Under the pieces are notes generated by a model, which saw nothing but the letters and a program-made list of their open reading frames with translations, was not told the DNA's origin and ran no database searches. A program made the position numbers and the translations under genes. A stretch of DNA of 64,000 nt from Nannocystales bacterium (GTDB taxonomy: Bacteria; Myxococcota_A; Polyangia; Nannocystales; Nannocystaceae). The stretch is from positions 1 through 64,000 of the forward strand of contig JBOEGF010000005.1 of NCBI GenBank assembly GCA_050633305.1, read 5' to 3'. Below, in pieces: positions 20,101 through 31,514 of this stretch. Position 1 is the first letter of the stretch. Every line of letters begins with the position of its first letter.

Positions 20101-23100
20101 CCGAGTGGGAGAAGCTGGTCGAAATCTACGAGGTGATGGTCCAGCACACCGAGGATCCGGTCGGCAAGATCGAGCGCCTCCACCAGGTGGCGGGCATCTA
20201 CGAGCTTCAACTCTCGGAGTTCGACAAGGCGTTCGATGCGTACGCGCGCGCGCTGGCCACGGATCCGAAGTCAGAGCTCACCGTCGAGCAGCTCGAGCGG
20301 CTCGCCGAGGTGACCGGGGACTGGGAGAAGTTCGCCGCTCTGCTCTCGGAGCAGGCCGACAAGCTCCTCGACCCGCACGCCAAGACGCAGATGCTCTCCC
20401 GCCTCGCGCGGATTCAAGAGGAGCGGCTGGCCAACGTCGAGGACGCGGTCGGTCGGTACCTCGAGGTCTTGGACAACGATCCTGAGGACGTTGCAGCGAT
20501 CGGAGCGCTGGACCGTATCTTCACGCACACCGAGCAGTGGCCGCAGCTGGTCGAGAACCTGCGCCGTCAGGTGGCCATCACCGGCGATGAGCACGACCTG
20601 ATCGCGCTCTACTTCCGGATGGGCCAGACGTACCAGGTCCAGATGAACGAGTCTGCGAAGGCCATCGAGGCCTACCGCGAGATTCTCAACATCGACCCGG
20701 CACACGAGCAGACGCTGCAGGCGCTCGAGCTGATCTTCACCAGCGGTGAGCATCAGAGCGAGATCGCCGAGATCCTCGAGCCCATCTACCAGGCTGCCGA
20801 ACGCTGGGATGCGCTCGTCAAGCTGGGTGAGGTGAAGCTCGGTGCGACCGAGGACCAGCACGAGCGGCTCGCGATCATCCAGAACGTGGCAGAGACCTGC
20901 GAGCACCGTCTCGGCAGTCCTGGCGACGCGTACATCTGGTGGCTTCGGGCGTACATCGACGACCCGTCCAGCGAGCAGGTGCACGAGGAGTTGGAACGGC
21001 TCGCGCAGCTGACCGGCGAGTGGGGACACATCGTCGACGTCGGGGCCCAAATCCTCGAAGAGGAGCAGCCCCCGGAGATCAAGCAGAGCGTTCTGATGCG
21101 CTCCGCAAAGGTGCTCGACGAGCGCCTTGGCGACGGCGGCCGGGCGATCGAAGCCTACCGCTCGGTCTTGGAGCTCGACGCGGAGAACACCGAGGCGCTC
21201 GCCGCTCTGGACCGGATCTACACCCAGTTGGGCATGGCCCAGGACCTGGCGGAGATCCTTCAACGCCGCATCCGGATCACGATGGACGGCGAGGAACTCG
21301 TCGACCTCGAAGTCCGCTTGGCCGAGACCTTCGAGCGCGATCTTCACAACCACGAGCAGGCGGTCGCCGCCTACACCCGTGCGCTCGAGAACGATCCCGC
21401 CAACGCCACGGCGTTGGGCCGTTTGGAGACGCTCTACCTCCACCAACACAAGTGGGAGGAGCTGTTCGAGGTCTATCAAAAGACCGTCGACGTCGCGAAC
21501 ACCGACGAAGACACCGCGGACTGCTACCAGCGTATGGCGAAGCTCGCGTCCGATACGCTGGACCGCGAGACCGATGCCATCGATCTGTGGAACCGGGTGT
21601 TGGACCTGCGCGGCGAAGATCCTCTCGCGCTGGGCGAGTTGGCTGCGCTGCACGAGTCCCACGAGCGGTGGGACGACCTGGTCGAGATTCTCGAACGCCA
21701 GGTCTTCGTCATCGAAGATGCACAGACCCGTGTTGACGCCTACCAGACCTTGGGCCGTGTCTACGGCAGCAAGCTGGAGCGCGAGCGAAACGCACTGGAC
21801 GCGTGGCTCAACGCCCTCGACCTTGACCCGAACAACCTCGAAACGCTGCAGGCGCTGCACCGGATCTACGAGGATTCGCAGGCATGGGTCGAGCTCATCC
21901 AAGTGGTCGAGAGCTTGATCGCTCAGGGTCCCGAGGTGATCGGGCGAGAGGAGCTACAGGATCTGCACGCCAAGTCCGGTCGGATTCACGGCGAGTACCT
22001 GATGCAGCCCGACCAGGCGATCGAGTCCTGGCACTCGGTCCTGCACATGGAACCGGGCAACATGGAAGCCCTCGCGGCGCTCGAGGCCCTCTACACACAA
22101 GAGGCTCGCTGGAACGACGCGATCGGTGTCCTGGAGCAGAAGACCAAAGTCCTGGAGGGCGACGAGAAGATCGACGTGCTGATGCAGATCGCATCGATCT
22201 GGGAGGAGCGCTTGGAAGACCAGAACCAGGCTGCGGGCGCGTACCAGGAGATCCTCGAGAACGATCTCGGGCACGCTCCGGCGGGCGAGGCTCTCGAGCA
22301 GATCTATCGAGACACCGAGGACTTCGGTTCTTTGGGCGAGCTGCTCATCAACCGCGCCGAAGTGCTCGAGGACAACGACAGCCGCGTGGCTGCACTCCAG
22401 AACGCAGCCAACGTGTTTGAAGAGCACCTCGGTGATTCGGACATGGCGTTCGCAACACTGCAGGCTGCGTTCAACGTCGACTACGCCAACGACCACACCG
22501 CACGTGAACTCGAGCGCCTCGCGACCGAGCATGGCAAGTGGACGGAGCTGCTCAACGAGTACAACGAGCTGGTCCTGCAGATCGAAGACCCCAACGAGCG
22601 CTGCGAGCTGTGGGTGAAGATCGGTCGCTGGTACGGGGAGCACCTCAACCACGCCGAGTACGGCATCCAGTCGTTGGAGAAGGCCCTGGAGCTCAACCCC
22701 GAGAGCGTCTCGGCGTTGCGCGAGCTGTCCAACTTCCAGAAACGCTCGGAGTCGTGGCAGGAACTCGCTGAGACGCAAGAGCGGTTGGTCCAGCAAGAGC
22801 CCGAGCCCGAGCGGCAGACGGCCACGTTGCTGGAGCTTGCCGACGTGCAAGAGCAGCGGCTGGCAAACGTGCCCGGCGCGGTGGAGTCCTACCGGCGCGT
22901 TCTGGAGATCGACTCCGAGAGCGCGACCGCTTTGGATGCGCTCATCCGGCTGCATGAACAGCAGCAGTCGTGGTCCGAGCTGGTCGGTGTACTCGACCGG
23001 CGTGCTGCAATCGCCGAAGACCGCGACGAAGGTCTGCGGCTTCGCAAGCACATCGGCTACGTTCAGGAAGCCAACCTTGCCGACAACGGCGCGGCAGTGG

Positions 23101-26100
23101 AAACCTACAAGGACATCCTCGCGCAGGAGCCCACCGACTTCGATGCCCTGCAGGCTCTGGAGCGGCTGTACCTCAACGGTAGCCAGATTCCCGAGTACTT
23201 GGAGATCCTCGAAGCCGAGCTGGACGCAACGGCGGATGTCGAAGCCCAGGTCGCCATCTACGACAAGATGGCGAACGCCCTGGTGTCGCTCTCGGGCGAC
23301 AGGGACCGCGCGGCCGACGTGCTCGAGAAAGTGATCATGCTGGACCCCCAGCGTGACGTGACCTACCGGCAGCTCGAGGAGCTGTACATGGGTCTCGAGA
23401 AGTGGACCGAGTTGGTCGAGACGTATCGCTCGCACATCCAGTCCACCGAAGAGCCCGCGCTTCAGATCGAGCTCCTCTCCGCGATGGGTGAGGTCTTCGA
23501 GAAGCAGGTCGAGGACGTCGATCGGGCGATCGAAACGTACGAGGAGATCCTCGAGATCGACCCGAACAACTTCGAAGCCGCGAACACCCTGTCGACTCTC
23601 CAGGAGACGATGGAGGACTGGCCGCGCGCGGTCGAGACGATGGGTCGACTCGTCGAACTCACGCCCGACCCGAACCGCCGCATCGAGCTGTTGACCCGCA
23701 TTGGACGGGTGCAGCACGAGAAGCTGATGAACAGCGAGGAAGCGGAGATGCGCCTGAACCAGGCGCTCACCGTCGAGCCCGGTCATGTGCCCGCGCTCAT
23801 CCTGCTCGCCGACATCTACAAGCAGCGCGCCGATTGGCTCAAGGCTTCACGCACGCTCGAAGCGGCCTCGGAGTACTCGCAGAACGCTCTGGAGCGGACG
23901 AACCTCGCGGCCGAGGCTGCCTTCATCAACTACGAGGAACTCGAAGACCGCGGACATGCCGTCGAGTTGTTCGCCAAGACTCTGCAAAGCGACCCCGAGC
24001 ACGTGCGCGTGGGGTCGGTTCTCGCCGAGGTGTACACCGAGGAGGAGAACTGGCAGGCGGCGGACCCCGTCCTCGACATGCTGACGCGCAAGATCGACCA
24101 GCTCGATCTGGATGACGACGGTCAGAAGCAGATGTTCGTGCAGGCCGCCCGCGTGGCTCGTCGGCTCGGCAACATCGACAAGGCGCTCAAGCAGTACAAG
24201 CGCGCCTACGACATCGACTCCACCGACCATGAAGTCTTGGTCGGAATGGCGGACCTTCTGTTCGAGAAGGAAGACTGGGACCGTTCGTTCAAGCTCTACC
24301 AGACGATCCTGGTGCAGCATCGCGACACCCAGGCCGACGAGGACACCGTTCGCGTCTACCACCGTCTTGGAACGATCAAGAACCGTCAGAGCGAGCCTCG
24401 CAAGGCGCTGAACTACTTCGAGAAGGCTCTCGAGGTGGATCCGCACCACAACGAGACGCTGGTCTCCGTCATCAACCTGCGCGCGCAGGCCAACGACTGG
24501 GAAGGCGTCATCGAGGCCAAGCGGGCGTTGGTCGACATCACGCCCGATGGGGACGCGCAGTTCGGTCTGTGGAAGGACATCGGCGAGCTGTACGTCGAGA
24601 AGCTCGGCAACCGCGACAAGTCAGCGTCGGCCTACCAGTCCGCGCTCGACCTGCGGCCCGAGGACTACCCGACGCTGCACACGTTGCTCGACCTGTACAC
24701 CACGGCCAAGCGGTGGGACGACGCGATCTCGGTCATCGACCGGCTCGTGGAGATCGAGACCGACGTTCGTCGCCGCAGCCGTTACAACTACACGGCCGCC
24801 GTGCTCATGCGCGACGAGCTGGGCAGCTCGGCCGACGCCATCGATCGCTTCAACCAGGTGTTGGACGACGATCCGGGCATGCTCAAGGCCTTCCAGGCCA
24901 TCGACACCATGCTCACCAAGGAGCGCGAGTGGAAGACGCTCGAGCGCTCCTACCGCAAGATGCTCAAGCGCCTCCCGCAGGAGGGCAACGAGCCGCTCAA
25001 GGTCACGCTGTGGAGCAACCTGGCCGAGATCTATCGGTCGCGGATGCAGGACTACAAGTCCGCCGCAGCGGCGTTCGAGGTCGCCTCGAAGCTCGATCCC
25101 GACGACGTCGGACGCCACATCAAGCTGGCCGAGCTCTACGAGCGCCTGATGCAGGACAGCCCGACGGAGTACGTCGACCAGGCGGTCCGCGAGCACCAGA
25201 TCCTGATCGCCAGCGAGCCCTTCCGCTACGAGAGCTACCACGCGCTGTTCAACATCTACGTTCGCGCAAACGCGGTGGACAAGGCGTACTGCGTGGCTTC
25301 GGTCCTCAGCTTCCTCAAGAAGGCAACGCCCGAAGAGGACGCCTACGCCGAGGAGAACAAGCGCGGGGACTTCGTGATGGCGCGGCAGCGGCTCAGCGAA
25401 GAGACGCTTCGCCGCCACGTGTTCCACCCCGACCAGGACCTGTACCTGACCGGGATCTTGGGACTCATCGCACCTGCGGTCGCGGCATGGCGCGCGGTGG
25501 ATCTGCCCGCCACGCTCAACCCGAACGAGGTCATCGACGTCGAGATCGACCCCTCGTTGTTCTCGCGGATGGCGAAGTACACCAAGGACGTTCTCAACGT
25601 CTCCAAGCCGGATGTGTTCCTGCGTCCGAGTGACCCGGGCGACTTGAAGCTGATGAACTTCAAGCGCAACAACTCCATCCACCCCTCGATGGTGGTGTTC
25701 CAGAACCTCCTGCGCGGCAAGTCCGAGTCGCACCTGGCGTTCGCGTTGGGTCGGCACATGATGGACCTCTACCTGCCGCACTTCTGCTACGTCGCGCTCG
25801 ACCGCACGCCGCAGAACCTCAAGCAGGTGTTCCTCGCCTGCCTGCGCGCCGTGGGCATGCAGGTCGGAGAGAACAACACCGCGCTCGACCAAATCGCGCG
25901 CGAGATCACCAGCCGCATGCAGCCTGCTGCGCTGGATCGCCTCCGCAGCCTCATCCAGAAGTTCGTGGATGCCGGTGGATCAACCGACGTCAAGCGCTGG
26001 GCAGCCGCTGTCGAGCTGACCAGCTACCGCGTCGGGTTGTTGCTCTGCCACGACCTGCGTATCGCCGGTCAGATGATCTCGCAGGAACAGGCGCAGCTTG

Positions 26101-26204
26101 GCTCTGCGATGGGTCCTCGCGACAAGATCAAGGAGCTGGTGCTCTACAGCATCAGCGAGGACTACTTCGCCGCCCGTCGGGCGATTGGCGTCCAGGTCAG
26201 CTGA
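14139..26204 (+). CDS. agmK: Giant acidic cytoplasmic TPR protein, AgmK/GltI-like, 4021 aa
   Basis: Dozens of repeats of type A...Y..VL..DP....AL.AL.RLY.....W..L; no signal peptide; myxobacterial C-terminal domain ([10 protein letters not shown]...[20 protein letters not shown]); size and position downstream of gltG fit AgmK. Orthology versus paralogy is not proven. Confidence 0.65.
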   Translation: MELTQRIKQRLREVDEWSTVVDELEAEAGAASEKAEQSRAFFELARACEDVFLDKARAMQAYQKAFKLDQSNLEALRRARQIYGTMANLEMVTRLMGLELKANRDEALSGSLHYDFGAAQLNLRNFDDAKQHLSAASEAEPSNELYQARFQETLYDRSNWELGLETVYAQLIALTGEDDPLGAKVPNRGSQLSAMYMKGAQILHQESPEDERLLPLLFKALESDPNNEAAGYLSDTMLAAAGQLQHIQKLQDRRVSMLETDSDKVDMLRFFADIWDVRLNNPQMAAYFFHQALDLAYSTGTLGSAEETLWNVAAFRKLVASAEESGQADALIPLAERGVASLRDPAERVLLALEAGAFAWRSFQDTGTAGRFLGLAVDVAPDHPTVTGYQSEVGAIDPVDLDSFGSAPEPEPEPEPEPEPAVEAEPEPAAEAEPEADADAAAQLAAEEAELEAEIAAEEAELKAELEAEAAGESESEPEPEVEAEAEAEPEAEAEAEAEAEAEAEAEAEAEAEAEAEPEPEPEPEPEPEPEPEVEAEPEPEPVSLGDESFDADQMKLIEKAQEADKKGGKRAIDAWRDAVNKMPGKVFPRARLKQLYVDNNKWSNVADLLKDQIKNTPDDSPEQLEEKVALHWELVELYRERLRQPGLVVTTLNGLEKLLDAAGETEQLLKVVQEQQTQFESMKRWPDLIGRIRRRAELVEDMEARKELHLQAGALFLEKFNNQAEAIKSYEAVLECDEYDPTAIGKLKELYQRRRDWEKMLAVQQKELALIEDPEERKAQLLEVARVAGQKIKKPAISIELWSQVLESDPDNIEALENLEHMQEREKNWPALSGTLERLIEVTADPTKKSQYLVKLGLLYADKVKDNAAAIRTWEALHEVEPDNRRAQDQLKKLYVAEGDMDALEQFYAKQDKWAEFIRVLERESDSAEGDRKVELQLKIASLYSEKIGKPDRAVRALEKSLADGDNLTVAEKLIELYEAAGDERHLARPLRIKLDNEEDAEARQGLFRRLADLSERIAHEPEEAFAYYQKALDEDHTATDAREHLERLAETTNQWQPLAQSLELAISEYGDSTDSLPLRLKLAEINEQHMADLDAALAVNQAIVEIDAEEPTALASLERLYLALGREEDLLAVLDTKLSLSSDEDEKRATQTRIGSIHEQLGHHDKAIEAYNAVLDSGVEDPEVLSALDRIYSNLERWEDLSSVLERELSVASEEDSNTRAEYLLRLGVIMQDRLEKPEEAVELYRQVLEIDPASDSARDRLEGWLELPETDEETGEAAEESAERTELRVKVAGILLPIYEAMEAHAEQVQCLQIQADAAEDGQARVDLLLRIGELLSHSMGDSARAFDVYARAFREQPDNEVAAQSLENIATVEDRWQDFADLHEEAVSKDLESGLMRRLLTRLATLYDQQLGDSEKSIACYQRAVDIDPGDAGSLDALEALYSRDQNWEQLLEVYRSKVELENDPHSREELRFKIAHLQVDMLSRPADGIVTYNEILADDDVNTRAITALDRLYLDAEQWTELAENLSRQLALTADPSEQIELNLRLGSLQLKKLNQPALAVETYNRVLEFDPVNESALEALETLLEDEEHQLSVAKILEPIYKASNDWTKLIAAYEIMVKHSLEPSEKIQLLHQIGELYELAGDEPQKAFDAFGRALKEDPSREDTQARLDNLANQMGAFSEMVALYEGVVDDVVDDQLRLAILGKVARTYETAIDDSESAAATYEKMLEADPANFEAVDSLIEVHRRTNNFEPLVAAVVRKAEMVEDADDQKKMLAYAASIREGVMEDAEGAIELYQRVLTIDDSDGEALEALERLYVQLERWEPLRDVYQRKSELADDPDDRRQALYVLGQVYDAELKDTDRAIDTYQAVLDIEPGDPQAIQALDRLYGQAERWLDQHQILERAVDAFDTAEEQTALRYRIGQLWEDQLADMVRAIEAYREVLVHDPAHEPTIDALQRIVHGDNEPMAAAQVLGPRYEQFSEWEKLVEIYEVMVQHTEDPVGKIERLHQVAGIYELQLSEFDKAFDAYARALATDPKSELTVEQLERLAEVTGDWEKFAALLSEQADKLLDPHAKTQMLSRLARIQEERLANVEDAVGRYLEVLDNDPEDVAAIGALDRIFTHTEQWPQLVENLRRQVAITGDEHDLIALYFRMGQTYQVQMNESAKAIEAYREILNIDPAHEQTLQALELIFTSGEHQSEIAEILEPIYQAAERWDALVKLGEVKLGATEDQHERLAIIQNVAETCEHRLGSPGDAYIWWLRAYIDDPSSEQVHEELERLAQLTGEWGHIVDVGAQILEEEQPPEIKQSVLMRSAKVLDERLGDGGRAIEAYRSVLELDAENTEALAALDRIYTQLGMAQDLAEILQRRIRITMDGEELVDLEVRLAETFERDLHNHEQAVAAYTRALENDPANATALGRLETLYLHQHKWEELFEVYQKTVDVANTDEDTADCYQRMAKLASDTLDRETDAIDLWNRVLDLRGEDPLALGELAALHESHERWDDLVEILERQVFVIEDAQTRVDAYQTLGRVYGSKLERERNALDAWLNALDLDPNNLETLQALHRIYEDSQAWVELIQVVESLIAQGPEVIGREELQDLHAKSGRIHGEYLMQPDQAIESWHSVLHMEPGNMEALAALEALYTQEARWNDAIGVLEQKTKVLEGDEKIDVLMQIASIWEERLEDQNQAAGAYQEILENDLGHAPAGEALEQIYRDTEDFGSLGELLINRAEVLEDNDSRVAALQNAANVFEEHLGDSDMAFATLQAAFNVDYANDHTARELERLATEHGKWTELLNEYNELVLQIEDPNERCELWVKIGRWYGEHLNHAEYGIQSLEKALELNPESVSALRELSNFQKRSESWQELAETQERLVQQEPEPERQTATLLELADVQEQRLANVPGAVESYRRVLEIDSESATALDALIRLHEQQQSWSELVGVLDRRAAIAEDRDEGLRLRKHIGYVQEANLADNGAAVETYKDILAQEPTDFDALQALERLYLNGSQIPEYLEILEAELDATADVEAQVAIYDKMANALVSLSGDRDRAADVLEKVIMLDPQRDVTYRQLEELYMGLEKWTELVETYRSHIQSTEEPALQIELLSAMGEVFEKQVEDVDRAIETYEEILEIDPNNFEAANTLSTLQETMEDWPRAVETMGRLVELTPDPNRRIELLTRIGRVQHEKLMNSEEAEMRLNQALTVEPGHVPALILLADIYKQRADWLKASRTLEAASEYSQNALERTNLAAEAAFINYEELEDRGHAVELFAKTLQSDPEHVRVGSVLAEVYTEEENWQAADPVLDMLTRKIDQLDLDDDGQKQMFVQAARVARRLGNIDKALKQYKRAYDIDSTDHEVLVGMADLLFEKEDWDRSFKLYQTILVQHRDTQADEDTVRVYHRLGTIKNRQSEPRKALNYFEKALEVDPHHNETLVSVINLRAQANDWEGVIEAKRALVDITPDGDAQFGLWKDIGELYVEKLGNRDKSASAYQSALDLRPEDYPTLHTLLDLYTTAKRWDDAISVIDRLVEIETDVRRRSRYNYTAAVLMRDELGSSADAIDRFNQVLDDDPGMLKAFQAIDTMLTKEREWKTLERSYRKMLKRLPQEGNEPLKVTLWSNLAEIYRSRMQDYKSAAAAFEVASKLDPDDVGRHIKLAELYERLMQDSPTEYVDQAVREHQILIASEPFRYESYHALFNIYVRANAVDKAYCVASVLSFLKKATPEEDAYAEENKRGDFVMARQRLSEETLRRHVFHPDQDLYLTGILGLIAPAVAAWRAVDLPATLNPNEVIDVEIDPSLFSRMAKYTKDVLNVSKPDVFLRPSDPGDLKLMNFKRNNSIHPSMVVFQNLLRGKSESHLAFALGRHMMDLYLPHFCYVALDRTPQNLKQVFLACLRAVGMQVGENNTALDQIAREITSRMQPAALDRLRSLIQKFVDAGGSTDVKRWAAAVELTSYRVGLLLCHDLRIAGQMISQEQAQLGSAMGPRDKIKELVLYSISEDYFAARRAIGVQVS
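15360..15764 (+). repeat. In-frame hexanucleotide tandem repeats encoding an (EP)n/(EA)n acidic linker
   Basis: 13 x GCAGAR at 15612-15689 followed by 8 x CCYGAG at 15690-15737, plus another PE run from 15360. Confidence 0.9.
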
Positions 26205-26223
26205 GCCTGTAACCCTCGGCTTT

Positions 26224-26264
26224 GAAGACGCCGCGGCGGGGAAACCTGTCCGCGGCGTTTCTTC
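26224..26264 (+). terminator. Hairpin, probable terminator after the agmK-like gene
   Basis: GACGCCGCGG-CGGG-GAAA-CCTG-T-CCGCGGCGTT followed by TCTT. Confidence 0.6.
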
Positions 26265-26304
26265 GTTCGCAGACGAGACCTGCGGTTTGCGGTAGACGTG
26301 CGGC

Positions 26305-26772
26305 ATGATTCGCACGGCCAGGACGGTGTGCGCAGCGTGGCTCATCATGAGCTCCGGTTGCGCCGGAATGAACTCGGAGAACATGGGGGAGGTCGTCTTC
26401 GTCGTCGAGACCGGCCAGGACCTCGGGCGAATGGTCTTCGGGGCTGAGCGGGGCATCCCGTTCGAGCTTGCGGTCGCATCCGAGGGAACCACCATCTATC
26501 GGCAACGGACGCGCGCTGGGATGTACTGCCTGCAGGAGGTCACGACGGGGGACCTCAACGTGGGCTACTCGCTCCCCGTGCCATCACCGATCTGCGTTCG
26601 CGTGGAGCCCGGTGTTGCGATCTACGGCGGACACCTGGTGCTGCGCCGCGATGGCGTACGTCGCACGAACGACCGTTCGCGTCTGGACAGCCAACTCGAC
26701 GACGACTCCGTCCCCGTGGTGACGAACCCGGCGTGGCTGGCCGATACGCCGTTCGAGCTCGCCCCGTCGTAG
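26305..26772 (+). CDS. Hypothetical lipoprotein, 155 aa
   Basis: Lipobox SSGC; beta-rich body; fills the gap between the agmK-like gene and pilT. Confidence 0.6.
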   Translation: MIRTARTVCAAWLIMSSGCAGMNSENMGEVVFVVETGQDLGRMVFGAERGIPFELAVASEGTTIYRQRTRAGMYCLQEVTTGDLNVGYSLPVPSPICVRVEPGVAIYGGHLVLRRDGVRRTNDRSRLDSQLDDDSVPVVTNPAWLADTPFELAPS

Positions 26773-26785
26773 CGAACTGGCGTCT

Positions 26786-28588
26786 CTACTCGGTTGGTTG
26801 GTCGAACTGCACGGAGGCCTTCTCGAACATCTGGATGAGGTTGTTCTTGTCGACCGCCTTCATGTAGGCCTCGAGCGGCTCGACCACGCCATCCTTCACA
26901 AGCTGGAGAAGGTGGTCGTTGAGGTTTTGCATCCCCTTGTCCTTGCTGACCTGCATCGTGTTCTTGAGCTGGTGGGTCTTGCCCTCGCGGATCAAGTTAC
27001 CGATGGCGCTGGTGTGCAGCAGCACCTCGTACGCGGCGACACGGCCCCCCGACTTCTTGCGCAACAGGGTCTGTCCGATGACGCCGCGCATCGATTCTCC
27101 AAGCATGGTCCGAATTTGGGCCTGCTGGTCACCGGGGAACTGATCGATCAGGCGGTCGACCGTGCTCGGCGCGGTGGTGGTGTGCAGGGTGCCGAACACG
27201 AGGTGGCCGGTCTCTGCGGTTTCCAACGCGATCGCGATGGTCTCGAGGTCGCGAAGCTCGCCCACGAGGATGATGTCGGGGTCCTCGCGAAGCGCGGCAC
27301 GTAGGGCGGCTTTGAAGGAGCGGGTGTGCCGACCAACCTCCCGTTGGTTCACGAGACAGCGCTTGTTGTCGTGAACGAACTCGATCGGGTCCTCGATCGT
27401 GATGATGTGGTCGTCGCGGTTGCGGTTGATGAAGTCGATCATCGACGCCAGCGTCGTCGACTTGCCGGAGCCGGTCGGACCCGTCACCAAGACAAGGCCC
27501 TTGGTCAGCCAGCATAAGTCGAGCACCTTTGGCGGCAACCCGATCTGTTCTGGAGAGAGGATCTCCATCGGGATCTGTCGAAAGACAGCCCCCATCCCCT
27601 TTCGGTCGGCGAAGTAGTTGGCTCGGAAGCGGGCGACGCCCTTGATCGAGTGGGCAAAGTCCGCGTCGGCATTGTCGACGAAGTCCCGGTAAGCGTCGTC
27701 GTCGGCGATCTCGAGCAGAATGCTGGAGAGCTCTGTGGGACTGAAGATCGGGTAGCCTTCGAGCGTTTGCATTCGACCGTCGAGGCGGATCATCGGCCGG
27801 CTGTCGGAGGAGAGGTGAAGGTCACTCGCTCCAAGCTCCACCATCTTCCGAAGCATTGTGTCGAGCCTCGGGGCGCCGGCGGGGACAACCCGCTGAGGTG
27901 CCAACTTGTAGCCAAGACCTTCGGCTCCGCGTGGCGGGGGGGCGACATTCGCGACGGCGAGGGGCGCCGAGTCCTGATGGACCGGCTCGAACTTGGCGGC
28001 GGGAACTGGCTCCGGTGGTGGTGCTGAGACTCCCCGCGCCGGCGCCGAGGAGGTCGGTCCGGACGGCTCTTTGGGAGGGTCGGCGGGCTGTGGCTCGCGG
28101 GGCTTCGCCGCCTTGGTCGAGGTCGTGATGGGGGCGACCCGGGCGCGAGGAAGCCGGGCTTCCGGTCCGGCGAGTGAGGGCAGTGTGACGCTTTGTCCGT
28201 TGTCGCGGTGAGGCGCCGGAGTGGGGGCGGGTTCGGCCGGTCGTCGCTCGCGGACCGGGGCCGTTCGCACGGGCGCGGCCGCGGGACCTGCCGCACCTCG
28301 GAGCCGAACGTGGATCGAGAGGGAGACTCCTTTCTTGGTCACGGTCGCGGTCAGACGTTTGCCGTCGACGTCGAAGTTCACGTCTTTGGTCTTGTCCCCG
28401 CCCGAGAGGAGCGGCGCGACATCGGTGCCCTCGAAGAATCGTGCGATCGCGCGGGCGTTGAGCGGAGAGACCGTGACGGGAAGGTCGCGGGCTGTCGATT
28501 TCACTGTCGCGGGCGACCCGACCGCGAAGACCAATCCCGTGGCTTCAGGCCGCTCAAGGTAGGCGCACAGTTGGCTGAGCTTGCTCAC
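26786..28588 (-). CDS. pilT: PilT/PilU-family retraction ATPase with an ~240-aa N-terminal extension
   Basis: ASDLHL, Walker A GPTGSGKSTT, TIEDPIE, AALREDPDIILVGELRD, His box TGHLVFGTLHT, AIGNLIRE (AIRNLIRE motif). Confidence 0.88.
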   Translation of the reverse strand: MSKLSQLCAYLERPEATGLVFAVGSPATVKSTARDLPVTVSPLNARAIARFFEGTDVAPLLSGGDKTKDVNFDVDGKRLTATVTKKGVSLSIHVRLRGAAGPAAAPVRTAPVRERRPAEPAPTPAPHRDNGQSVTLPSLAGPEARLPRARVAPITTSTKAAKPREPQPADPPKEPSGPTSSAPARGVSAPPPEPVPAAKFEPVHQDSAPLAVANVAPPPRGAEGLGYKLAPQRVVPAGAPRLDTMLRKMVELGASDLHLSSDSRPMIRLDGRMQTLEGYPIFSPTELSSILLEIADDDAYRDFVDNADADFAHSIKGVARFRANYFADRKGMGAVFRQIPMEILSPEQIGLPPKVLDLCWLTKGLVLVTGPTGSGKSTTLASMIDFINRNRDDHIITIEDPIEFVHDNKRCLVNQREVGRHTRSFKAALRAALREDPDIILVGELRDLETIAIALETAETGHLVFGTLHTTTAPSTVDRLIDQFPGDQQAQIRTMLGESMRGVIGQTLLRKKSGGRVAAYEVLLHTSAIGNLIREGKTHQLKNTMQVSKDKGMQNLNDHLLQLVKDGVVEPLEAYMKAVDKNNLIQMFEKASVQFDQPTE

Positions 28589-28647
28589 CGGTTTCGAGGG
28601 TATCTCGAAATCGGGAATCGTCCGAGAACCTCACTGGGTCGAACTCC

Positions 28648-29913
28648 TCAGAATCGGAGTCTTCGTCGGCGTCGCGCGATACCGAGGGCGACCACAACGG
28701 CCCAGATCGGAAGCGTTCCCGATTCGGAACCGGTTCTGCACCCGCACCCCTCCGGTTCGCCGGGTGCCCCGTTGCTGGTCGAAGGCGGCAAGGCGTCCGA
28801 TCCTCCCAAAGGGCTGGTTCGGCCAACGGTGACGGTCACCGTGTTGCTGACGCGGATGAAGCCCTGTGTGTCCTGCACTTCGACCCGAAGCTCGTATTCG
28901 CCAGAGGTCGACTGCGTTGCGGTCCAGCCGAACGGCGCTGCATCGTCGGTGTTCTCAAGAACCGTATTTACGAACAGGGCCGCCTTGTGGACCGTGAAAC
29001 CGTCGTCCGCGTCGATGACGATCTCGAAGCGTTCGTCGAGGTCGAAATTCTCGCCGTCCAACGGGGCGATCAATTCGATCGATGGCCCGGACGCGTCCGG
29101 CGTCGCGGGACCCATCAGTTCGTACAGTTCGCGGTGGGCGTTCTGTTGCTCGACGCTGCCGCACTCGGCGTCGTGCTGCGCTGGACACTCCGCGCGTTGG
29201 CTCAGCGGAAGACACTCGTCGCGAAACGACGGGTCCCCGCCGACGTTGGTCGGATTCATGATGTCCGACGCCTGGTCGACGTGCTCGAGTCCAACCGAGT
29301 GCCCGATCTCTTGGCTGATCGTCGTGGCAGTGCTCGTCGCGGTATGGCTGTCGCCCGAGCTGTGGAACGCGAAGACGACGTTGTTGCGAGTTCGGGCATC
29401 CCCGCAATCGAGGACTGCGATCCCAAGTTTCGAGTCGTTGTCCGGGTTGCCCGGTCCGATCATCGCCATGACGTAGTCGCCGCTGTCGGGGCGGCGGTCG
29501 GTGACGACGGCGTTGTAGGCCGACCAGTCTTCACGGACGGCTTGCATCACGGCTTGCCGCTTCGCGCCATTTTCACCGTAGGCTGGATACGGACCGGCCA
29601 TGTTGTTGATCGTGGTGAGGTTGGAGCGGGCGTCGTCGGGGCCGCTGGTGAGTTCGGCCCCATCGAAGTTGAGGAAGAGGACGGTGGGCTCCAAGCCCGC
29701 GCGGCTGGTTCGCGGGCCGGTGCTGAGGGGCTTGTCCGGGACGACGGGGTTACCGCGTGATTGGCCAAGCCCGGCGCTCTCGAGTTGTGACGGAGCATCG
29801 TCCCAGGTGGCCGGCCGGTGCTCATCCAGCTGCCACCCTTCCGCGGCCCGAACGGTCGCAGCGGGAGCGCAGACTGCGAGAACAGCGGTGAGTGGGGCCC
29901 AGCGGGAGAGCAT
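28648..29913 (-). CDS. Secreted matrixin/metzincin-like protein with Ig-like domain and MYXO-CTERM anchor
   Basis: Signal peptide from ATG 29913; LFLNFDG; QEIGHSVGLEH plus Met-turn DIMNP; Big-like domain; C-terminal GCGC-TM-RRRRR sorting signal. Confidence 0.75.
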   Translation of the reverse strand: MLSRWAPLTAVLAVCAPAATVRAAEGWQLDEHRPATWDDAPSQLESAGLGQSRGNPVVPDKPLSTGPRTSRAGLEPTVLFLNFDGAELTSGPDDARSNLTTINNMAGPYPAYGENGAKRQAVMQAVREDWSAYNAVVTDRRPDSGDYVMAMIGPGNPDNDSKLGIAVLDCGDARTRNNVVFAFHSSGDSHTATSTATTISQEIGHSVGLEHVDQASDIMNPTNVGGDPSFRDECLPLSQRAECPAQHDAECGSVEQQNAHRELYELMGPATPDASGPSIELIAPLDGENFDLDERFEIVIDADDGFTVHKAALFVNTVLENTDDAAPFGWTATQSTSGEYELRVEVQDTQGFIRVSNTVTVTVGRTSPLGGSDALPPSTSNGAPGEPEGCGCRTGSESGTLPIWAVVVALGIARRRRRLRF

Positions 29914-29982
29914 GCAACGCAGCGAAGGCGTAGCCTTCAATCTACCTGTGCGGCGGGAGGGCCCTGAGGTTCCCGACCTGCC

Positions 29983-30597
29983 TTGGGCCGCCCGCTGCAG
30001 CCCGCTATCCTCCCCACGGTGCACGTATCGAGCGCGGCTGGGTTGGGGATGTTCGCTGTTGTGCTCGGCTGCGGGCCGCAACGAAGCTCTGCGCCACCCC
30101 CGCAACCGGCGGCTGCCTCCACGCTCGTCCGAGGGGAAGAAGGCGTGAACCGGCTCATGGGTGAGGTGTGCAGCCAACCCTGCGACGCTTCGCTTCCGCA
30201 CTCGGCGAGTACGGCCCGGGCCTCAGCGGCGGGTGTTGTGCACATGGAGTTGGATGCGGCCGCGTGCCGAGTGCCTGGACATCTCGAGGAGCCGACTACA
30301 TGCAGTGCGGTCTGCACGAGCGAGGCTCAAACGGTGGGCGCGGTGCTGGTCGACATGGGACCGATCGGACCCAACACGCGACGGGCTCTGTGCCTGGCGC
30401 TCGAACGTGACCGTGGGGTGCCGGCCCGGGGCTCATGCGACGACGTCTGCGAGAGTACGATGGGCTGCGCATGGCCGGCGAGCGAGGACCGCGTCGCGGT
30501 CGACTTCATCGGACACCTCGAGTTTCAGTGCTCCGACGGCTCGTCGGACGACTTGGAGCCGAACCAGTCGGCAGGGTCGAACTCGATATCCCCGTAG
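29983..30597 (+). CDS. Hypothetical Cys-rich lipoprotein (true start probably ~30019-30049)
   Basis: MFAVVLG-C lipobox-like segment and paired cysteines; fills an otherwise empty gap; overlaps the 3' end of the convergent gene by 73 bp. Confidence 0.45.
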   Translation: MGRPLQPAILPTVHVSSAAGLGMFAVVLGCGPQRSSAPPPQPAAASTLVRGEEGVNRLMGEVCSQPCDASLPHSASTARASAAGVVHMELDAAACRVPGHLEEPTTCSAVCTSEAQTVGAVLVDMGPIGPNTRRALCLALERDRGVPARGSCDDVCESTMGCAWPASEDRVAVDFIGHLEFQCSDGSSDDLEPNQSAGSNSISP

Positions 30598-31514
30598 CCG
30601 CCGAATCCGTGGCCTGCACCGCCCGCGGTCTCGACACGTACGCTTGCGCCGGCGGGTACGAAGAGCGGTATCCAGGGCGTGACCCGTTTGGGATCCTGCC
30701 CTCGGCGTTCGAGGAAGACGCGCGATGGACGGGGAGGTCCTGCGCGATCGATCCCGTGGGGCGGGTTGCGGTCACGGTCGAAGCCAAAGAGCGCTTCGAC
30801 ATCTTGCGTGACGGTGTAGACGCGCTCAATGCCATCGCCACCGGGTCGTGCTCCACCACCGCCAGAGTGTGCTCGGCCGCGCTGGGTCAGGGAGAGCCAC
30901 GGAAAAAACCGTGCGGTGCTGACGGCTCCAACGACCGGGCTCCGCCACCCCGACTGCCCTCGTCGGGCGGGAGTCGCCCCTTCGCCGCCGGGAATCGCTT
31001 CACAGACGATGTCCGCGCCCCGTCGAATCTCCACCACCGCCCCGAGCGTGTTCGACCCCGCTCCGACCCGCGCCGGCCAGCTGTACGCGAGGGCTCCGAG
31101 CACGGCATCGAATGTTCGAGCGAGTGCGAACGCGCGGCGGCCCGGGTCGGACGACCGAATGCCGCCGACCCAGCTGTTTGGGCTCGACAAGAGCTCGAGC
31201 CGCTCGAGCCAACGTCGATCGGGCGGCACTCCGAGCGCATGACACAGCGCCAAGACAGCGACGAGTTCGAGGTCATCGTGGTCCAAGCCGAAGCCATCGG
31301 CCGAAGAAAACGCGTCGCTGTCCCGGAAGTCGAGCGTGAGCCGCTGCGTCGACCCCTTGGCGACGGCCCTCACGCACAAGCGCTCTCCGGAGGCCAGGGT
31401 GATGTCGTCGGCAAACGAGCCGAGACGTGCTGCTGGCATCGCCGCAAGGGCCTGCTCGGCGCAGGGAAGGTCCGCTCGCCTCGGAAGGTGAGCCGTGAGT
31501 GCGTCGAAGGCCAT
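30525..31514 (-). CDS. Hydantoinase B/oxoprolinase-like protein, N-terminally shortened, 329 aa
   Basis: LTLDF.DS, EAIPGGEGA, SGGGGARPGGDGIER, PPHG, VRVETAGGAGHG are HyuB C-terminal motifs; its ATG overlaps the cyclase TGA (TGATG). Confidence 0.65.
   Translation of the reverse strand: MAFDALTAHLPRRADLPCAEQALAAMPAARLGSFADDITLASGERLCVRAVAKGSTQRLTLDFRDSDAFSSADGFGLDHDDLELVAVLALCHALGVPPDRRWLERLELLSSPNSWVGGIRSSDPGRRAFALARTFDAVLGALAYSWPARVGAGSNTLGAVVEIRRGADIVCEAIPGGEGATPARRGQSGWRSPVVGAVSTARFFPWLSLTQRGRAHSGGGGARPGGDGIERVYTVTQDVEALFGFDRDRNPPHGIDRAGPPRPSRVFLERRGQDPKRVTPWIPLFVPAGASVRVETAGGAGHGFGGYGDIEFDPADWFGSKSSDEPSEH

Noticed and set aside
15189..20210. 1673-aa antisense ORF, and similar ones at 901-2169, 2500-5130, 10186-12693, 20271-21902, 21954-23786 and 31499-33265
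   Set aside because: Shadow ORFs opposite well-supported genes, expected from strong GC3 codon bias; no recognisable motifs.
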